Notes under the pieces: generated by a model
The model's input: the letters and a program-made list of their open reading frames with translations, nothing else
The model's database searches: none
Told to the model about the DNA's origin: nothing
Made by a program: the position numbers and the translations under genes
Assembly: GCA_947259885.1 (NCBI GenBank)
Contig: CAMYNW010000014.1
Location: forward strand, 993 to 64,992
Direction of reading: 5' to 3'
Length of the DNA: 64,000 nt
Origin: an uncultured Gammaproteobacteria bacterium
GTDB taxonomy: Bacteria; Pseudomonadota; Gammaproteobacteria; Arenicellales; Poriferihabitantaceae
In this document: one piece after another, positions 60,200-64,000 of the stretch
How positions within the stretch are numbered: position 1 is the first letter of the stretch
Layout: every line of letters begins with the position of its first letter

Positions 60200-61020
60200 T
60201 CCGATGCCAGACGTTCGTTGTCCCATACCAACAAAACCTGTTTGACAAAATCAATTCGAGCGGTAGTACGAGCATTAATGCTCAGAAACGCCGCATTGGC
60301 GTCAGTAATAATTTCAACTACTTCAGCAACTTTATATCCGGCTGGGAAACGGCCCCCCATTCCCGAGGTCACCAGGATGTCTCCCTTGCGAATATCCGCC
60401 AGTCTCGGTAGGTAGGGTACGCCGACCTCATCTGTCGCGCCCTGCCCCTGAACAATGGTGCGAAGCCCGTTACGCTGGACCTGAACCGGAATGCCGTGAC
60501 TGCGATCAGTAACCAAGGTAACGACGCTTTGATTGAGATTAACTTCTGAAACCTGGCCCAACACCCCATCAGGTGCGATTACCGGTTGGCCGATAAACAC
60601 GCCTGACTCGGCACCACGATTAATGAGAATGCGATGGCTGTATGGATCTAGTCCTGTGTTCACAATGCTGGCAAGAATGACCTGATCTTCTGAACGTTGG
60701 GCAGCCGCTAGAAGTCGTGATAGTCGGCTGTTTTCTGCAACCAGCGCATCATATCTCTGGAGATGGCTTTCCAGTTTGAGTTGTTTTTTTCTCAGTTCTT
60801 CTAGCTCGCGATAGACCGAATCGTCCGGGTAATAGGAGCGAACTTTGGTGACTACGCTACCTGGCAACTCTCCGACAGCGTGAAATGGTAAAGTTAATAG
60901 AGAAGCCATCGATCTTACCGCGCGAAGGTTGTCACTTCGATGATCTACAATCATCAAGCCTACGGATAGCAGTATCAGAAAAAGAAACCGGTAGAGAGTG
61001 CTTATTTGGAGCAGATTCAT
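60196..61020 (-). CDS. mreC: Rod shape-determining protein MreC
   Basis: TM plus coiled coil (EN.RL..LL), INRG...GV..GQPV, TSG.GG.FP.GY.V. Confidence 0.93.
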   Translation of the reverse strand: MNLLQISTLYRFLFLILLSVGLMIVDHRSDNLRAVRSMASLLTLPFHAVGELPGSVVTKVRSYYPDDSVYRELEELRKKQLKLESHLQRYDALVAENSRLSRLLAAAQRSEDQVILASIVNTGLDPYSHRILINRGAESGVFIGQPVIAPDGVLGQVSEVNLNQSVVTLVTDRSHGIPVQVQRNGLRTIVQGQGATDEVGVPYLPRLADIRKGDILVTSGMGGRFPAGYKVAEVVEIITDANAAFLSINARTTARIDFVKQVLLVWDNERLASE

Positions 61021-61134
61021 CGCACAGAGTATATTGAAACTGCAGGGACAGCGGTGCCTTTGTTGATTGTGGCGTTATTCGCTGTTGCTTCCAATTATCT
61101 TAAATTATGCGGACGGCATATGAATTGATCTTGA

Positions 61135-62235
<1,101 letters not shown>

Positions 62236-62348
62236 TTAACAACCGAGCCCGTACTATTCAACAGCACAAAGCTATGGTAAGTTGCTGCGGAATTAATGTT
62301 AACCAGCGTTTCTTCAACGATCTATAGTCCCTTTCCGAAATCGAAATC

Positions 62349-62636
62349 ATGTCTATCAGCAGCGAGCAAGTGACCCATATTGCGAGATTGGCACGGCTTA
62401 AAACAGATCCGGAGAAATCCGAATATTTTGCTAAAAACCTGAGCCGAATCATGGGTCTGGTCGAGCAGATGAACCAGATCGACACAGATGGCATTGAGCC
62501 CATGTCCCATCCCCAGGACACGGCGTTAAGACTGCGAGAGGATGTCGTAACCGCAAAAAATTTACGGGAACAGTACCAGGCCCTCGCACCCAGTGCACAG
62601 GATGGACTTTATCTAGTGCCAAAAGTAATCGAATAA
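62349..62636 (+). CDS. gatC: Asp-tRNA(Asn)/Glu-tRNA(Gln) amidotransferase subunit C
   Basis: V.HIARLARL, EPMSHP, LRED.V, LYLVPKVIE. Confidence 0.95.
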   Translation: MSISSEQVTHIARLARLKTDPEKSEYFAKNLSRIMGLVEQMNQIDTDGIEPMSHPQDTALRLREDVVTAKNLREQYQALAPSAQDGLYLVPKVIE

Positions 62637-62802
62637 TTCCTCTAATTAGATCGGTTTGGCCCCAAAAAAGACAGCCTATCTGCTCGCGATTTAGCGCTGG
62701 CCGGTTGGCATTAAAGACCTCATAGTCAAACACTCGGGATAAAAGTCAGGCGGTTTTATTCTAATTCGGGCAGCTAGTTCAGATTCGAGCTCTAAATAAC
62801 CT

Positions 62803-64000
62803 ATGCACCAAAAATCTATTGCTGAGCATGCTAATTCCCTTGCCAAAGGCGAATACAGTAGCGTTGAACTGACTGAGCACTTTCTTAAGAGGATTGAATC
62901 CAACAGCGATCTCAATGCTTTTATCACGGTTACAGACCAGCTGGCTCGCGAGCAGGCAACCCAGGCCGATCAATTAATTAAAGCAGGTAAAGCTGGCTTG
63001 CTGACCGGTATTCCGATTGCACAAAAGGATTTGTTGTGTGCCAAGGGTGTTCTCACTACCTGTGGCTCGCGAATTCTGGAGAATTTTATATCGCCCTACG
63101 ACGCAACTGTGATCACGAAGCTTCATGAACAGGGCATGGTCACTCTGGGAAAAACCAACATGGATGAATTCGCCATGGGGTCTTCGAATGAAACCAGCTT
63201 CTACGGTCCGGTTAAAAACCCATGGGATCTTGAGCGCGTGCCAGGCGGAAGCTCCGGAGGATCGGCAGCTGCCGTGGCAGCAATGCTCGCGCCTGTAGCT
63301 ACCGCTACGGACACTGGTGGCTCTATCAGACAGCCGGCGGCGTTATGCGGTCTGACAGGTATCAAACCGAGCTATGGCAGGGTTTCAAGGTTCGGCATGG
63401 TGGCTTTTGCATCTTCGCTCGACCAGGCGGGTGTAATTACCAGGAATGCAGAGGATGCTGCGCTTGTGCTGGCGGCGATGAGCGGGTTTGACCCGCGCGA
63501 TTCAACCTCACTTGATGTGCCGGTTCCAGACTACGTGGCGTCTTTGCAAGACTCAATCAAAGGCAAGGTCATAGGCTTACCAAAAGAGTTTTTCGGTGAT
63601 GGGGTTGAGCCAGACGTGGCCGACGCTGTGCAGGCTTCAATCAGGGAACTCGAAGCGCTGGGGGCAAAAACTATTGAAGTAGAGTTGCCCAATAGTGAGG
63701 TGGGTATCCCTTGCTACTACGTCCTGGCGCCTGCGGAGGCCAGTTCGAATCTATCCCGATTTGACGGCGTTCGATATGGTTTTCGTGCAGATGAGTACTT
63801 GGATCTGAACGACATGTATGAACAGACGCGGGCACAAGGATTTGGTGAAGAGGTCCAACGCCGAATTATGATCGGTACCTATGTATTGTCGTCTGGGTAT
63901 TATGACGCCTACTACATCAAGGCGCAGAAGTTACGTCGTTTGATTTCTGATGATTTCACCAAGGCATTCGAAAAATGCGATCTGATAGCGGGACCTACCG
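62803..64000 (+). CDS. gatA: Amidotransferase subunit A, truncated by the window end
   Basis: Translated by hand from ATG 62803: MHQKSIAE..., [45 protein letters not shown]. Absent from the ORF track because it has no stop in the window. Confidence 0.95.
   Translation, partial: MHQKSIAEHANSLAKGEYSSVELTEHFLKRIESNSDLNAFITVTDQLAREQATQADQLIKAGKAGLLTGIPIAQKDLLCAKGVLTTCGSRILENFISPYDATVITKLHEQGMVTLGKTNMDEFAMGSSNETSFYGPVKNPWDLERVPGGSSGGSAAAVAAMLAPVATATDTGGSIRQPAALCGLTGIKPSYGRVSRFGMVAFASSLDQAGVITRNAEDAALVLAAMSGFDPRDSTSLDVPVPDYVASLQDSIKGKVIGLPKEFFGDGVEPDVADAVQASIRELEALGAKTIEVELPNSEVGIPCYYVLAPAEASSNLSRFDGVRYGFRADEYLDLNDMYEQTRAQGFGEEVQRRIMIGTYVLSSGYYDAYYIKAQKLRRLISDDFTKAFEKCDLIAGPT

Noticed and set aside
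62637-62802. 166-nt gap between gatC and gatA as a MITE or insertion
   Set aside because: No terminal inverted repeats, target duplication or second copy seen in the window.

Overview
Chromosomal window from a non-enteric gammaproteobacterium, probably marine or from sediment. The taxonomy is inferred from gatCA, lptD-surA, ubiK-comM, the mreBCD-mrdA-rodA-mltB-rlpA-dacA-ybeD-lipB cluster and a DsrC/TusE-family gene. The right end (about 44-64 kb) is core envelope and translation housekeeping. The left end (1-22 kb) is a patchwork of accessory singletons: arsC, VOC protein, cytochrome c, a broken SGNH-like gene, nitrilase-family and FAD enzymes, pcp, cimA-like, RspA-like DsrC homolog, sixA, CBS protein, HtrA-like protease, fumC, Cmk-like-BON fusion, and a MoaD/ThiS + Asp-box beta-propeller pair. 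The middle (22-39 kb) is an acyl-CoA catabolic locus: icmF and liuR-HOT diverge around a perfect 20-bp LiuR-type palindrome, followed by acyl-CoA synthetase, a Liv-type ABC transporter, a PaaK-like ligase, a CaiB-family enzyme, a LiuC-like hydratase and a split aconitase X with altered catalytic motifs. I found no rRNA, tRNA, CRISPR array, integrase or transposase. The best candidates for uncharacterised systems are the divergent aconitase X pair, the ubiquitin-like + beta-propeller module, a single-chain triple Rid protein, and a SprT-like gene with a palindromic operator and a probable leaderless transcript. All family calls come from recognising motifs by eye; no database searches were run.
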